Below, piece after piece: positions 10,249 through 25,200 of a stretch of DNA of 64,000 nt. Every line of letters begins with the position of its first letter. Positions within the stretch are counted from its first letter, which is position 1. Source of the DNA: the human T2T-CHM13v2.0 reference genome, Homo sapiens; assembly GCF_009914755.1 (NCBI RefSeq), contig NC_060942.1, one strand, 5' to 3'. The notes under the pieces are model-generated. The model did no database searches. It saw only the letters and a program-made list of their open reading frames with translations, and had not been told where the DNA came from. Position numbers and translations under genes: made by a program.

Positions 10249-13200
10249 CATTCTCAGAAAGTTCTTTGTGATGATTGCATTCAAGTCACAGAATTGAACA
10301 TTCCCTTTCACAGAGCAGGTTTGAAACACTCTTTTTGTAGTGTGTGTAAGTGGACATTTGGAGCACTTACCGGCCTAAGGTGAAAAAGGAAATATCTTCC
10401 CATAAAAACTAGACAGAAGCATTCTCAGAAACTTACTCGTGATGTGTGTCCTCAACTAAAGGAGTAGAACCTTTCTTTTCATAGAGAAGTTTTGAAACGC
10501 TCTTTTTGTGGAATCTGCAAGTGGATATTTGGCTAGTTTTGAGGATTTCGTTGGAAGCGGGAATTCATACAAATTGCAGACTGCAGCGTTCTGAGAAACA
10601 TCTTTGTGATGTTTGTATTCAGGACACAGAGTTGAACATTCCCTATCATAGAGCAGGTTGGAATCACTCCTTTTGTAGTATCTGGAAGTGGACATTTGGA
10701 GCGCTTTCAGGCCTATGTTGGAAAAGGAAATATCTTCCCATAACAACTAGACAGAAGCATTCTCAGAAACTTATTTGAGATGTGTGTACTCAACTAAGAG
10801 AATTGAACCACCGTTTTGAAGGAGCAGTTTTGAAACTCTCTTTTTCTGGAATCTGCAAGTGGATATTTGTCTAGCTTTGGGGATTTCGCTGGAAGCGGGA
10901 ATACATATAAAAAGCACACAGCCGCGTTCTGAGAAACTGCTTTCTGATGTTTGCATTCAAGTCAAAAGTTGAACACTCCCTTTCATAGAGCAGTCTTGAA
11001 ACACCCCTTTTGTAGTATCTGGAACTGGACTTTTGGAGCGATTTCAGGGCTAAGGTGAAAAAGGAAATATCTTCCCATAAAAACTGGACAGAAGCATTCT
11101 CAGAAACTTGTTTATGCTGTATCTACTCAACTAACAAAGTTGAACCTTTCTTTTGATAGAGCAGTTTTGAAATGGTCTTTTTGTGGAATCTGCAAGTGGA
11201 TATTTGGCTAGTTTTGAGGATTTCGTTGGAAGCGGGAATTCATACAAATTGCAGACTGCAGCGTTCTGAGAAACATCTTTGTGATGTTTGTATTCAGGAC
11301 ACAGAGTTGAACATTCCCTATCATAGAGCAGGTTGGAATCACTCCTTTTGTAGTATCTGGAAGTGGACATTTGGAGCGCTTTCAGGCCTATTTTGGAAAG
11401 GGAAATATCTTCCCGTAACAACTATGCAGAAGCATTCTCAGAAACTTGTTTGTGATGTGTGCCCTCTACTGACAGAGTTGAACCTTTCTTTTCATAGAGC
11501 AGTTTTGAAACACTCTTTTTGTAGAATCTGCAAGAGGATATTTGCATAGCTTTGAGGATTTCGTGGGAAACGGGATTGTCTTCAGGTAAAATCTAGACAG
11601 AAGCATTCTCAGAAACTTCTTTGGGATGTTTGCATTCAAGTCACAGAGTAGAACATTCCCTTTGGTAGAGCAGGTTTGAAACACTCTTTTTGTAGTATCT
11701 GGAAGTGGACATTTGGAGCGCTTTCAGGCCCATGTTGGAAAGGGAAATATCTTCCCGTAACAACTAGGCAGAAGCATTCTCAGAAACTTATTTGAGATGT
11801 GTGTACTCAACTAAGAGAATTGAACCACCGTTTTGAAGGAGCAGTTTTGAAACACTCTTTTTCTGGAATCTGCAAGAGTATATTTGCCTAGCCTTGAGGA
11901 TTTCGTTGGAAACGGGATTGTCTTCAGAGAAAATCTAGACAGAAGCATTCTCAGAAACTTCTTTGGGATGTTTGCATTCAAGTCACAGAGTAGAACATTC
12001 CCTTTGGTAGAGCAGGTTTGAAACACTCTTTTTGTAGTATCTGGAAGTGGACATTTGGAGCGCTTTCAGGCCTACGTTGGAAAAGGAAATATCTTCCCAT
12101 AACAACTAGACAGAAGCATTCTCAGAAACTAGTTTCTGATGTGTGTCCTCAACTAACACAGTTGAACATTTCTTTAGACAGAACAGTTTTGAAACACTCT
12201 TTTTGTGGAATCTGCAAGTGGCTATTTGGCTAGATTTGAGGATTTCGTTGGAAACGGGATTACATATAAAAAGCAGTCAGCAGCATTCTCAGAAAGTTCT
12301 TTGTGATGATTGCATTCAAGTCACAGAATTGAACATTCCCTTTCACAGAGCAGGTTTGAAACACTCTTTTTGTAGTGTGTGTAAGTGGACATTTGGAGCA
12401 CTTACCGGCCTAAGGTGAAAAAGGAAATATCTTCCCATAAAAACTAGACAGAAGCATTCTCAGAAACTTACTCGTGATGTGTGTCCTCAACTAAAGGAGT
12501 AGAACCTTTCTTTTCATAGAGAAGTTTTGAAACGCTCTTTTTGTGGAATCTGCAAGTGGATATTTGGCTAGTTTTGAGGATTTCGTTGGAAGCGGGAATT
12601 CATACAAATTGCAGACTGCAGCGTTCTGAGAAACATCTTTGTGATGTTTGTATTCAGGACACAGAGTTGAACATTCCCTATCATAGAGCAGGTTGGAATC
12701 ACTCCTTTTGTAGTATCTGGAAGTGGACATTTGGAGCGCTTTCAGGCCTATGTTGGAAAAGGAAATATCTTCCCATAACAACTAGACAGAAGCATTCTCA
12801 GAAACTTATTTGAGATGTGTGTACTCAACTAAGAGAATTGAACCACCGTTTTGAAGGAGCAGTTTTGAAACTCTCTTTTTCTGGAATCTGCAAGTGGATA
12901 TTTGGCTAGCTTTGGAGATTTCGCTGGAAGCGGGAATACATATAAAAAGCACACAGCAGCGTTCTGAGAAACTGCTTTCTGATGTTTGCATTCAAGTCAA
13001 AAGTTGAACACTCCCTTTCATAGAGCAGTCTTGAAACACCCCTTTTGTAGTATCTGGAACTGGACTTTTGGAGCGATTTCAGGGCTAAGGTGAAAAAGGA
13101 AATATCTTCCCATAAAAACTGGACAGAAGCATTCTCAGAAACTTGTTTATGCTGTATCTACTCAACTAACAAAGTTGAACCTTTCTTTTGATAGAGCAGT

Positions 13201-16200
13201 TTTGAAATGGTCTTTTTGTGGAATCTGCAAGTGGATATTTGGCTAGTTTTGAGGATTTCGTTGGAAGCGGGAATTCATACAAATTGCAGACTGCAGCGTT
13301 CTGAGAAACATCTTTGTGATGTTTGTATTCAGGACACAGAGTTGAACATTCCCTATCATAGAGCAGGTTGGAATCACTCCTTTTGTAGTATCTGGAAGTG
13401 GACATTTGGAGCGCTTTCAGGCCTATTTTGGAAAGGGAAATATCTTCCCGTAACAACTATGCAGAAGCATTCTCAGAAACTTGTTTGTGATGTGTGCCCT
13501 CTACTGACAGAGTTGAACCTTTCTTTTCATAGAGCAGTTTTGAAACACTCTTTTTGTAGAATCTGCAAGAGGATATTTGCATAGCTTTGAGGATTTCGTG
13601 GGAAACGGGATTGTCTTCAGGTAAAATCTAGACAGAAGCATTCTCAGAAACTTCTTTGGGATGTTTGCATTCAAGTCACAGAGTAGAACATTCCCTTTGG
13701 TAGAGCAGGTTTGAAACACTCTTTTTGTAGTATCTGGAAGTGGACATTTGGAGCGCTTTCAGGCCCATGTTGGAAAGGGAAATATCTTCCCGTAACAACT
13801 AGGCAGAAGCATTCTCAGAAACTTATTTGAGATGTGTGTACTCAACTAAGAGAATTGAACCACCGTTTTGAAGGAGCAGTTTTGAAACACTCTTTTTCTG
13901 GAATCTGCAAGAGTATATTTGCCTAGCCTTGAGGATTTCGTTGGAAACGGGATTGTCTTCAGAGAAAATCTAGACAGAAGCATTCTCAGAAACTTCTTTG
14001 GGATGTTTGCATTCAAGTCACAGAGTAGAACATTCCCTTTGGTAGAGCAGGTTTGAAACACTCTTTTTTTAGTATATGGAAGTGGACATTTGGATCGCTT
14101 TCAGGCCTACGTTGGAAAAGGAAATATCTTCCCATAACAACTAGACAGAAGCATTCTCAGAAACTAGTTTCTGATGTGTGTCCTCAACTAACACAGTTGA
14201 ACATTTCTTTAGACAGAACAGTTTTGAAACACTCTTTTTGTGGAATCTGCAAGTGGCTATTTGGCTAGATTTGAGGATTTCGTTGGAAACGGGATTACAT
14301 ATAAAAAGCAGTCAGCAGCATTCTCAGAAAGTTCTTTGTGATGATTGCATTCAAGTCACAGAATTGAACATTCCCTTTCACAGAGCAGGTTTGAAACACT
14401 CTTTTTGTAGTGTGTGTAAGTGGACATTTGGAGCACTTACCGGCCTAAGGTGAAAAAGGAAATATCTTCCCATAAAAACTAGACAGAAGCATTCTCAGAA
14501 ACTTACTCGTGATGTGTGTCCTCAACTAAAGGAGTAGAACCTTTCTTTTCATAGAGAAGTTTTGAAACGCTCTTTTTGTGGAATCTGCAAGTGGATATTT
14601 GGCTAGTTTTGAGGATTTCGTTGGAAGCGGGAATTCATACAAATTGCAGACTGCAGCGTTCTGAGAAACATCTTTGTGATGTTTGTATTCAGGACACAGA
14701 GTTGAACATTCCCTATCATAGAGCAGGTTGGAATCACTCCTTTTGTAGTATCTGGAAGTGGACATTTGGAGCGCTTTCAGACCTATGTTGGAAAAGGAAA
14801 TATCTTCCCATAACAACTAGACAGAAGCATTCTCAGAAACTTATTTGAGATGTGTGTACTCAACTAAGAGAATTGAACCACCGTTTTGAAGGAGCAGTTT
14901 TGAAACTCTCTTTTTCTGGAATCTGCAAGTGGATATTTGGCTAGCTTTGGGGATTTCGCTGGAAGCGGGAATACATATAAAAAGCACACAGCAGCGTTCT
15001 GAGAAACTGCTTTCTGATGTTTGCATTCAAGTCAAAAGTTGAACACTCCCTTTCATAGAGCAGTCTTGAAACACCCCTTTTGTAGTATCTGGAACTGGAC
15101 TTTTGGAGCGATTTCAGGGCTAAGGTGAAAAAGGAAATATCTTCCCATAAAAACTGGACAGAAGCATTCTCAGAAACTTGTTTATGCTGTATCTACTCAA
15201 CTAACAAAGTTGAACCTTTCTTTTGATAGAGCAGTTTTGAAATGGTCTTTTTGTGGAATCTGCAAGTGGATATTTGGCTAGTTTTGAGGATTTCGTTGGA
15301 AGCGGGAATTCATACAAATTGCAGACTGCAGCGTTCTGAGAAACATCTTTGTGATGTTTGTATTCAGGACACAGAGTTGAACATTCCCTATCATAGAGCA
15401 GGTTGGAATCACTCCTTTTGTAGTATCTGGAAGTGGACATTTGGAGCGCTTTCAGGCCTATTTTGGAAAGGGAAATATCTTCCCGTAACAACTATGCAGA
15501 AGCATTCTCAGAAACTTGTTTGTGATGTGTGCCCTCTACTGACAGAGTTGAACCTTTCTTTTCATAGAGCAGTTTTGAAACACTCTTTTTGTAGAATCTG
15601 CAAGAGGATATTTGCATAGCTTTGAGGATTTCGTGGGAAACGGGATTGTCTTCAGGTAAAATCTAGACAGAAGCATTCTCAGAAACTTCTTTGGGATGTT
15701 TGCATTCAAGTCACAGAGTAGAACATTCCCTTTGGTAGAGCAGGTTTGAAACACTCTTTTTGTAGTATCTGGAAGTGGACATTTGGAGCGCTTTCAGGCC
15801 CATGTTGGAAAGGGAAATATCTTCCCGTAACAACTAGGCAGAAGCATTCTCAGAAACTTATTTGAGATGTGTGTACTCAACTAAGAGAATTGAACCACCG
15901 TTTTGAAGGAGCAGTTTTGAAACACTCTTTTTCTGGAATCTGCAAGAGTATATTTGCCTAGCCTTGAGGATTTCGTTGGAAACGGGATTGTCTTCAGAGA
16001 AAATCTAGACAGAAGCATTCTCAGAAACTTCTTTGGGATGTTTGCATTCAAGTCACAGAGTAGAACATTCCCTTTGGTAGAGCAGGTTTGAAACACTCTT
16101 TTTTTAGTATATGGAAGTGGACATTTGGATCGCTTTCAGGCCTACGTTGGAAAAGGAAATATCTTCCCATAACAACTAGACAGAAGCATTCTCAGAAACT

Positions 16201-19200
16201 AGTTTCTGATGTGTGTCCTCAACTAACACAGTTGAACATTTCTTTAGACAGAACAGTTTTGAAACACTCTTTTTGTGGAATCTGCAAGTGGCTATTTGGC
16301 TAGATTTGAGGATTTCGTTGGAAACGGGATTACATATAAAAAGCAGTCAGCAGCATTCTCAGAAAGTTCTTTGTGATGATTGCATTCAAGTCACAGAATT
16401 GAACATTCCCTTTCACAGAGCAGGTTTGAAACACTCTTTTTGTAGTGTGTGTAAGTGGACATTTGGAGCACTTACCGGCCTAAGGTGAAAAAGGAAATAT
16501 CTTCCCATAAAAACTAGACAGAAGCATTCTCAGAAACTTACTCGTGATGTGTGTCCTCAACTAAAGGAGTAGAACCTTTCTTTTCATAGAGAAGTTTTGA
16601 AACGCTCTTTTTGTGGAATCTGCAAGTGGATATTTGGCTAGTTTTGAGGATTTCGTTGGAAGCGGGAATTCATACAAATTGCAGACTGCAGCGTTCTGAG
16701 AAACATCTTTGTGATGTTTGTATTCAGGACACAGAGTTGAACATTCCCTATCATAGAGCAGGTTTGAATCACTCCTTTTGTAGTATCTGGAAGTGGACAT
16801 TTGGAGCGCTTTCAGGCCTATGTTGGAAAAGGAAATATCTTCCCATAACAACTAGACAGAAGCATTCTCAGAAACTTATTTGAGATGTGTGTACTCAACT
16901 AAGAGAATTGAACCACCGTTTTGAAGGAGCAGTTTTGAAACTCTCTTTTTCTGGAATCTGCAAGTGGATATTTGGCTAGCTTTGGGGATTTCGCTGGAAG
17001 CGGGAATACATATAAAAAGCACACAGCAGCGTTCTGAGAAACTGCTTTCTGATGTTTGCATTCAAGTCAAAAGTTGAACACTCCCTTTCATAGAGCAGTC
17101 TTGAAACACCCCTTTTGTAGTATCTGGAACTGGACTTTTGGAGCGATTTCAGGGCTAAGGTGAAAAAGGAAATATCTTCCCATAAAAACTGGACAGAAGC
17201 ATTCTCAGAAACTTGGTTATGCTGTATCTACTCAACTAACAAAGTTGAACCTTTCTTTTGATAGAGCAGTTTTGAAATGGTCTTTTTGTGGAATCTGCAA
17301 GTGGATATTTGGCTAGTTTTGAGGATTTCGTTGGAAGCGGGAATTCATACAAATTGCAGACTGCAGCGTTCTGAGAAACATCTTTGTGATGTTTGTATTC
17401 AGGACACAGAGTTGAACATTCCCTATCATAGAGCAGGTTGGAATCACTCCTTTTGTAGTATCTGGAAGTGGACATTTGGAGCGCTTTCAGGCCTATTTTG
17501 GAAAGGGAAATATCTTCCCGTAACAACTATGCAGAAGCATTCTCAGAAACTTGTTTGTGATGTGTGCCCTCTACTGACAGAGTTGAACCTTTCTTTTCAT
17601 AGAGCAGTTTTGAAACACTCTTTTTGTAGAATCTGCAAGAGGATATTTGCATAGCTTTGAGGATTTCGTGGGAAACGGGATTGTCTTCAGGTAAAATCTA
17701 GACAGAAGCATTCTCAGAAACTTCTTTGGGATGTTTGCATTCAAGTCACAGAGTAGAACATTCCCTTTGGTAGAGCAGGTTTGAAACACTCTTTTTGTAG
17801 TATCTGGAAGTGGACATTTGGAGCGCTTTCAGGCCCATGTTGGAAAGGGAAATATCTTCCCGTAACAACTAGGCAGAAGCATTCTCAGAAACTTATTTGA
17901 GATGTGTGTACTCAACTAAGAGAATTGAACCACCGTTTTGAAGGAGCAGTTTTGAAACACTCTTTTTCTGGAATCTGCAAGAGTATATTTGCCTAGCCTT
18001 GAGGATTTCGTTGGAAACGGGATTGTCTTCAGAGAAAATCTAGACAGAAGTATTCTCAGAAACTTCTTTGGGATGTTTGCATTCAAGTCACAGAGTAGAA
18101 CATTCCCTTTGGTAGAGCAGGTTTGAAACTCTCTTTTTGTAGTATCTGGAAGTGGACATTTGGAGCGCTTTCAGGCCTACGTTGGAAAAGGAAATATCTT
18201 CCCATAACAACTAGACAGAAGCATTCTCAGAAACTAGTTTCTGATGTGTGTCCTCAACTAACACAGTTGAACATTTCTTTAGACAGAACAGTTTTGAAAC
18301 ACTCTTTTTGTGGAATCTGCAAGTGGCTATTTGGCTAGATTTGAGGATTTCGTTGGAAACGGGATTACATATAAAAAGCAGTCAGCAGCATTCTCAGAAA
18401 GTTCTTTGTGATGATTGCATTCAAGTCACAGAATTGAACATTCCCTTTCACAGAGCAGGTTTGAAACACTCTTTTTGTAGTGTGTGTAAGTGGACATTTG
18501 GAGCACTTACCGGCCTAAGGTGAAAAAGGAAATATCTTCCCATAAAAACTAGACAGAAGCATTCTCAGAAACTTACTCGTGATGTGTGTCCTCAACTAAA
18601 GGAGTAGAACCTTTCTTTTCATAGAGAAGTTTTGAAACGCTCTTTTTGTGGAATCTGCAAGTGGATATTTGGCTAGTTTTGAGGATTTCGTTGGAAGCGG
18701 GAATTCATACAAATTGCAGACTGCAGCGTTCTGAGAAACATCTTTGTGATGTTTGTATTCAGGACACAGAGTTGAACATTCCCTATCATAGAGCAGGTTG
18801 GAATCACTCCTTTTGTAGTATCTGGAAGTGGACATTTGGAGCGCTTTCAGGCCTATGTTGGAAAAGGAAATATCTTCCCATAACAACTAGACAGAAGCAT
18901 TCTCAGAAACTTATTTGAGATGTGTGTACTCAACTAAGAGAATTGAACCACCGTTTTGAAGGAGCAGTTTTGAAACTCTCTTTTTCTGGAATCTGCAAGT
19001 GGATATTTGGCTAGCTTTGGGGATTTCGCTGGAAGCGGGAATACATATAAAAAGCACACAGCAGCGTTCTGAGAAACTGCTTTCTGATGTTTGCATTCAA
19101 GTCAAAAGTTGAACACTCCCTTTCATAGAGCAGTCTTGAAACACCCCTTTTGTAGTATCTGGAACTGGACTTTTGGAGCGATTTCAGGGCTAAGGTGAAA

Positions 19201-22200
19201 AAGGAAATATCTTCCCATAAAAACTGGACAGAAGCATTCTCAGAAACTTGGTTATGCTGTATCTACTCAACTAACAAAGTTGAACCTTTCTTTTGATAGA
19301 GCAGTTTTGAAATGGTCTTTTTGTGGAATCTGCAAGTGGATATTTGGCTAGTTTTGAGGATTTCGTTGGAAGCGGGAATTCATACAAATTGCAGACTGCA
19401 GCGTTCTGAGAAACATCTTTGTGATGTTTGTATTCAGGACACAGAGTTGAACATTCCCTATCATAGAGCAGGTTGGAATCACTCCTTTTGTAGTATCTGG
19501 AAGTGGACATTTGGAGCGCTTTCAGGCCTATTTTGGAAAGGGAAATATCTTCCCGTAACAACTATGCAGAAGCATTCTCAGAAACTTGTTTGTGATGTGT
19601 GCCCTCTACTGACAGAGTTGAACCTTTCTTTTCATAGAGCAGTTTTGAAACACTCTTTTTGTAGAATCTGCAAGAGGATATTTGCATAGCTTTGAGGATT
19701 TCGTGGGAAACGGGATTGTCTTCAGGTAAAATCTAGACAGAAGCATTCTCAGAAACTTCTTTGGGATGTTTGCATTCAAGTCACAGAGTAGAACATTCCC
19801 TTTGGTAGAGCAGGTTTGAAACACTCTTTTTGTAGTATCTGGAAGTGGACATTTGGAGCGCTTTCAGGCCCATGTTGGAAAGGGAAATATCTTCCCGTAA
19901 CAACTAGGCAGAAGCATTCTCAGAAACTTATTTGAGATGTGTGTACTCAACTAAGAGAATTGAACCACCGTTTTGAAGGAGCAGTTTTGAAACACTCTTT
20001 TTCTGGAATCTGCAAGAGTATATTTGCCTAGCCTTGAGGATTTCGTTGGAAACGGGATTGTCTTCAGAGAAAATCTAGACAGAAGCATTCTCAGAAACTT
20101 CTTTGGGATGTTTGCATTCAAGTCACAGAGTAGAACATTCCCTTTGGTAGAGCAGGTTTGAAACACTCTTTTTTTAGTATATGGAAGTGGACATTTGGAT
20201 CGCTTTCAGGCCTACGTTGGAAAAGGAAATATCTTCCCATAACAACTAGACAGAAGCATTCTCAGAAACTAGTTTCTGATGTGTGTCCTCAACTAACACA
20301 GTTGAACATTTCTTTAGACAGAACAGTTTTGAAACACTCTTTTTGTGGAATCTGCAAGTGGCTATTTGGCTAGATTTGAGGATTTCGTTGGAAACGGGAT
20401 TACATATAAAAAGCAGTCAGCAGCATTCTCAGAAAGTTCTTTGTGATGATTGCATTCAAGTCACAGAATTGAACATTCCCTTTCACAGAGCAGGTTTGAA
20501 ACACTCTTTTTGTAGTGTGTGTAAGTGGACATTTGGAGCACTTACCGGCCTAAGGTGAAAAAGGAAATATCTTCCCATAAAAACTAGACAGAAGCATTCT
20601 CAGAAACTTACTCGTGATGTGTGTCCTCAACTAAAGGAGTAGAACCTTTCTTTTCATAGAGAAGTTTTGAAACGCTCTTTTTGTGGAATCTGCAAGTGGA
20701 TATTTGGCTAGTTTTGAGGATTTCGTTGGAAGCGGGAATTCATACAAATTGCAGACTGCAGCGTTCTGAGAAACATCTTTGTGATGTTTGTATTCAGGAC
20801 ACAGAGTTGAACATTCCCTATCATAGAGCAGGTTTGAATCACTCCTTTTGTAGTATCTGGAAGTGGACATTTGGAGCGCTTTCAGGCCTATGTTGGAAAA
20901 GGAAATATCTTCCCATAACAACTAGACAGAAGCATTCTCAGAAACTTATTTGAGATGTGTGTACTCAACTAAGAGAATTGAACCACCGTTTTGAAGGAGC
21001 AGTTTTGAAACTCTCTTTTTCTGGAATCTGCAAGTGGATATTTGGCTAGCTTTGGGGATTTCGCTGGAAGCGGGAATACATATAAAAAGCACACAGCAGC
21101 GTTCTGAGAAACTGCTTTCTGATGTTTGCATTCAAGTCAAAAGTTGAACACTCCCTTTCATAGAGCAGTCTTGAAACACCCCTTTTGTAGTATCTGGAAC
21201 TGGACTTTTGGAGCGATTTCAGGGCTAAGGTGAAAAAGGAAATATCTTCCCATAAAAACTGGACAGAAGCATTCTCAGAAACTTGGTTATGCTGTATCTA
21301 CTCAACTAACAAAGTTGAACCTTTCTTTTGATAGAGCAGTTTTGAAATGGTCTTTTTGTGGAATCTGCAAGTGGATATTTGGCTAGTTTTGAGGATTTCG
21401 TTGGAAGCGGGAATTCATACAAATTGCAGACTGCAGCGTTCTGAGAAACATCTTTGTGATGTTTGTATTCAGGACACAGAGTTGAACATTCCCTATCATA
21501 GAGCAGGTTGGAATCACTCCTTTTGTAGTATCTGGAAGTGGACATTTGGAGCGCTTTCAGGCCTATTTTGGAAAGGGAAATATCTTCCCGTAACAACTAT
21601 GCAGAAGCATTCTCAGAAACTTGTTTGTGATGTGTGCCCTCTACTGACAGAGTTGAACCTTTCTTTTCATAGAGCAGTTTTGAAACACTCTTTTTGTAGA
21701 ATCTGCAAGAGGATATTTGCATAGCTTTGAGGATTTCGTGGGAAACGGGATTGTCTTCAGGTAAAATCTAGACAGAAGCATTCTCAGAAACTTCTTTGGG
21801 ATGTTTGCATTCAAGTCACAGAGTAGAACATTCCCTTTGGTAGAGCAGGTTTGAAACACTCTTTTTGTAGTATCTGGAAGTGGACATTTGGAGCGCTTTC
21901 AGGCCCATGTTGGAAAGGGAAATATCTTCCCGTAACAACTAGGCAGAAGCATTCTCAGAAACTTATTTGAGATGTGTGTACTCAACTAAGAGAATTGAAC
22001 CACCGTTTTGAAGGAGCAGTTTTGAAACACTCTTTTTCTGGAATCTGCAAGAGTATATTTGCCTAGCCTTGAGGATTTCGTTGGAAACGGGATTGTCTTC
22101 AGAGAAAATCTAGACAGAAGCATTCTCAGAAACTTCTTTGGGATGTTTGCATTCAAGTCACAGAGTAGAACATTCCCTTTGGTAGAGCAGGTTTGAAACA

Positions 22201-25200
22201 CTCTTTTTTTAGTATATGGAAGTGGACATTTGGATCGCTTTCAGGCCTACGTTGGAAAAGGAAATATCTTCCCATAACAACTAGACAGAAGCATTCTCAG
22301 AAACTAGTTTCTGATGTGTGTCCTCAACTAACACAGTTGAACATTTCTTTAGACAGAACAGTTTTGAAACACTCTTTTTGTGGAATCTGCAAGTGGCTAT
22401 TTGGCTAGATTTGAGGATTTCGTTGGAAACGGGATTACATATAAAAAGCAGTCAGCAGCATTCTCAGAAAGTTCTTTGTGATGATTGCATTCAAGTCACA
22501 GAATTGAACATTCCCTTTCACAGAGCAGGTTTGAAACACTCTTTTTGTAGTGTGTGTAAGTGGACATTTGGAGCACTTACCGGCCTAAGGTGAAAAAGGA
22601 AATATCTTCCCATAAAAACTAGACAGAAGCATTCTCAGAAACTTACTCGTGATGTGTGTCCTCAACTAAAGGAGTAGAACCTTTCTTTTCATAGAGAAGT
22701 TTTGAAACGCTCTTTTTGTGGAATCTGCAAGTGGATATTTGGCTAGTTTTGAGGATTTCGTTGGAAGCGGGAATTCATACAAATTGCAGACTGCAGCGTT
22801 CTGAGAAACATCTTTGTGATGTTTGTATTCAGGACACAGAGTTGAACATTCCCTATCATAGAGCAGGTTTGAATCACTCCTTTTGTAGTATCTGGAAGTG
22901 GACATTTGGAGCGCTTTCAGGCCTATGTTGGAAAAGGAAATATCTTCCCATAACAACTAGACAGAAGCATTCTCAGAAACTTATTTGAGATGTGTGTACT
23001 CAACTAAGAGAATTGAACCACCGTTTTGAAGGAGCAGTTTTGAAACTCTCTTTTTCTGGAATCTGCAAGTGGATATTTGGCTAGCTTTGGGGATTTCGCT
23101 GGAAGCGGGAATACATATAAAAAGCACACAGCAGCGTTCTGAGAAACTGCTTTCTGATGTTTGCATTCAAGTCAAAAGTTGAACACTCCCTTTCATAGAG
23201 CAGTCTTGAAACACCCCTTTTGTAGTATCTGGAACTGGACTTTTGGAGCGATTTCAGGGCTAAGGTGAAAAAGGAAATATCTTCCCATAAAAACTGGACA
23301 GAAGCATTCTCAGAAACTTGGTTATGCTGTATCTACTCAACTAACAAAGTTGAACCTTTCTTTTGATAGAGCAGTTTTGAAATGGTCTTTTTGTGGAATC
23401 TGCAAGTGGATATTTGGCTAGTTTTGAGGATTTCGTTGGAAGCGGGAATTCATACAAATTGCAGACTGCAGCGTTCTGAGAAACATCTTTGTGATGTTTG
23501 TATTCAGGACACAGAGTTGAACATTCCCTATCATAGAGCAGGTTGGAATCACTCCTTTTGTAGTATCTGGAAGTGGACATTTGGAGCGCTTTCAGGCCTA
23601 TTTTGGAAAGGGAAATATCTTCCCGTAACAACTATGCAGAAGCATTCTCAGAAACTTGTTTGTGATGTGTGCCCTCTACTGACAGAGTTGAACCTTTCTT
23701 TTCATAGAGCAGTTTTGAAACACTCTTTTTGTAGAATCTGCAAGAGGATATTTGCATAGCTTTGAGGATTTCGTGGGAAACGGGATTGTCTTCAGGTAAA
23801 ATCTAGACAGAAGCATTCTCAGAAACTTCTTTGGGATGTTTGCATTCAAGTCACAGAGTAGAACATTCCCTTTGGTAGAGCAGGTTTGAAACACTCTTTT
23901 TGTAGTATCTGGAAGTGGACATTTGGAGCGCTTTCAGGCCCATGTTGGAAAGGGAAATATCTTCCCGTAACAACTAGGCAGAAGCATTCTCAGAAACTTA
24001 TTTGAGATGTGTGTACTCAACTAAGAGAATTGAACCACCGTTTTGAAGGAGCAGTTTTGAAACACTCTTTTTCTGGAATCTGCAAGAGTATATTTGCCTA
24101 GCCTTGAGGATTTCGTTGGAAACGGGATTGTCTTCAGAGAAAATCTAGACAGAAGCATTCTCAGAAACTTCTTTGGGATGTTTGCATTCAAGTCACAGAG
24201 TAGAACATTCCCTTTGGTAGAGCAGGTTTGAAACACTCTTTTTTTAGTATATGGAAGTGGACATTTGGATCGCTTTCAGGCCTACGTTGGAAAAGGAAAT
24301 ATCTTCCCATAACAACTAGACAGAAGCATTCTCAGAAACTAGTTTCTGATGTGTGTCCTCAACTAACACAGTTGAACATTTCTTTAGACAGAACAGTTTT
24401 GAAACACTCTTTTTGTGGAATCTGCAAGTGGCTATTTGGCTAGATTTGAGGATTTCGTTGGAAACGGGATTACATATAAAAAGCAGTCAGCAGCATTCTC
24501 AGAAAGTTCTTTGTGATGATTGCATTCAAGTCACAGAATTGAACATTCCCTTTCACAGAGCAGGTTTGAAACACTCTTTTTGTAGTGTGTGTAAGTGGAC
24601 ATTTGGAGCACTTACCGGCCTAAGGTGAAAAAGGAAATATCTTCCCATAAAAACTAGACAGAAGCATTCTCAGAAACTTACTCGTGATGTGTGTCCTCAA
24701 CTAAAGGAGTAGAACCTTTCTTTTCATAGAGAAGTTTTGAAACGCTCTTTTTGTGGAATCTGCAAGTGGATATTTGGCTAGTTTTGAGGATTTCGTTGGA
24801 AGCGGGAATTCATACAAATTGCAGACTGCAGCGTTCTGAGAAACATCTTTGTGATGTTTGTATTCAGGACACAGAGTTGAACATTCCCTATCATAGAGCA
24901 GGTTTGAATCACTCCTTTTGTAGTATCTGGAAGTGGACATTTGGAGCGCTTTCAGGCCTATGTTGGAAAAGGAAATATCTTCCCATAACAACTAGACAGA
25001 AGCATTCTCAGAAACTTATTTGAGATGTGTGTACTCAACTAAGAGAATTGAACCACCGTTTTGAAGGAGCAGTTTTGAAACACTCTTTTTCTGGAATCTG
25101 CAAGTGGATATTTGGCTAGCTTTGGGGATTTCGCTGGAAGCGGGAATACATATAAAAAGCACACAGCAGCGTTCTGAGAAACTGCTTTCTGATGTTTGCA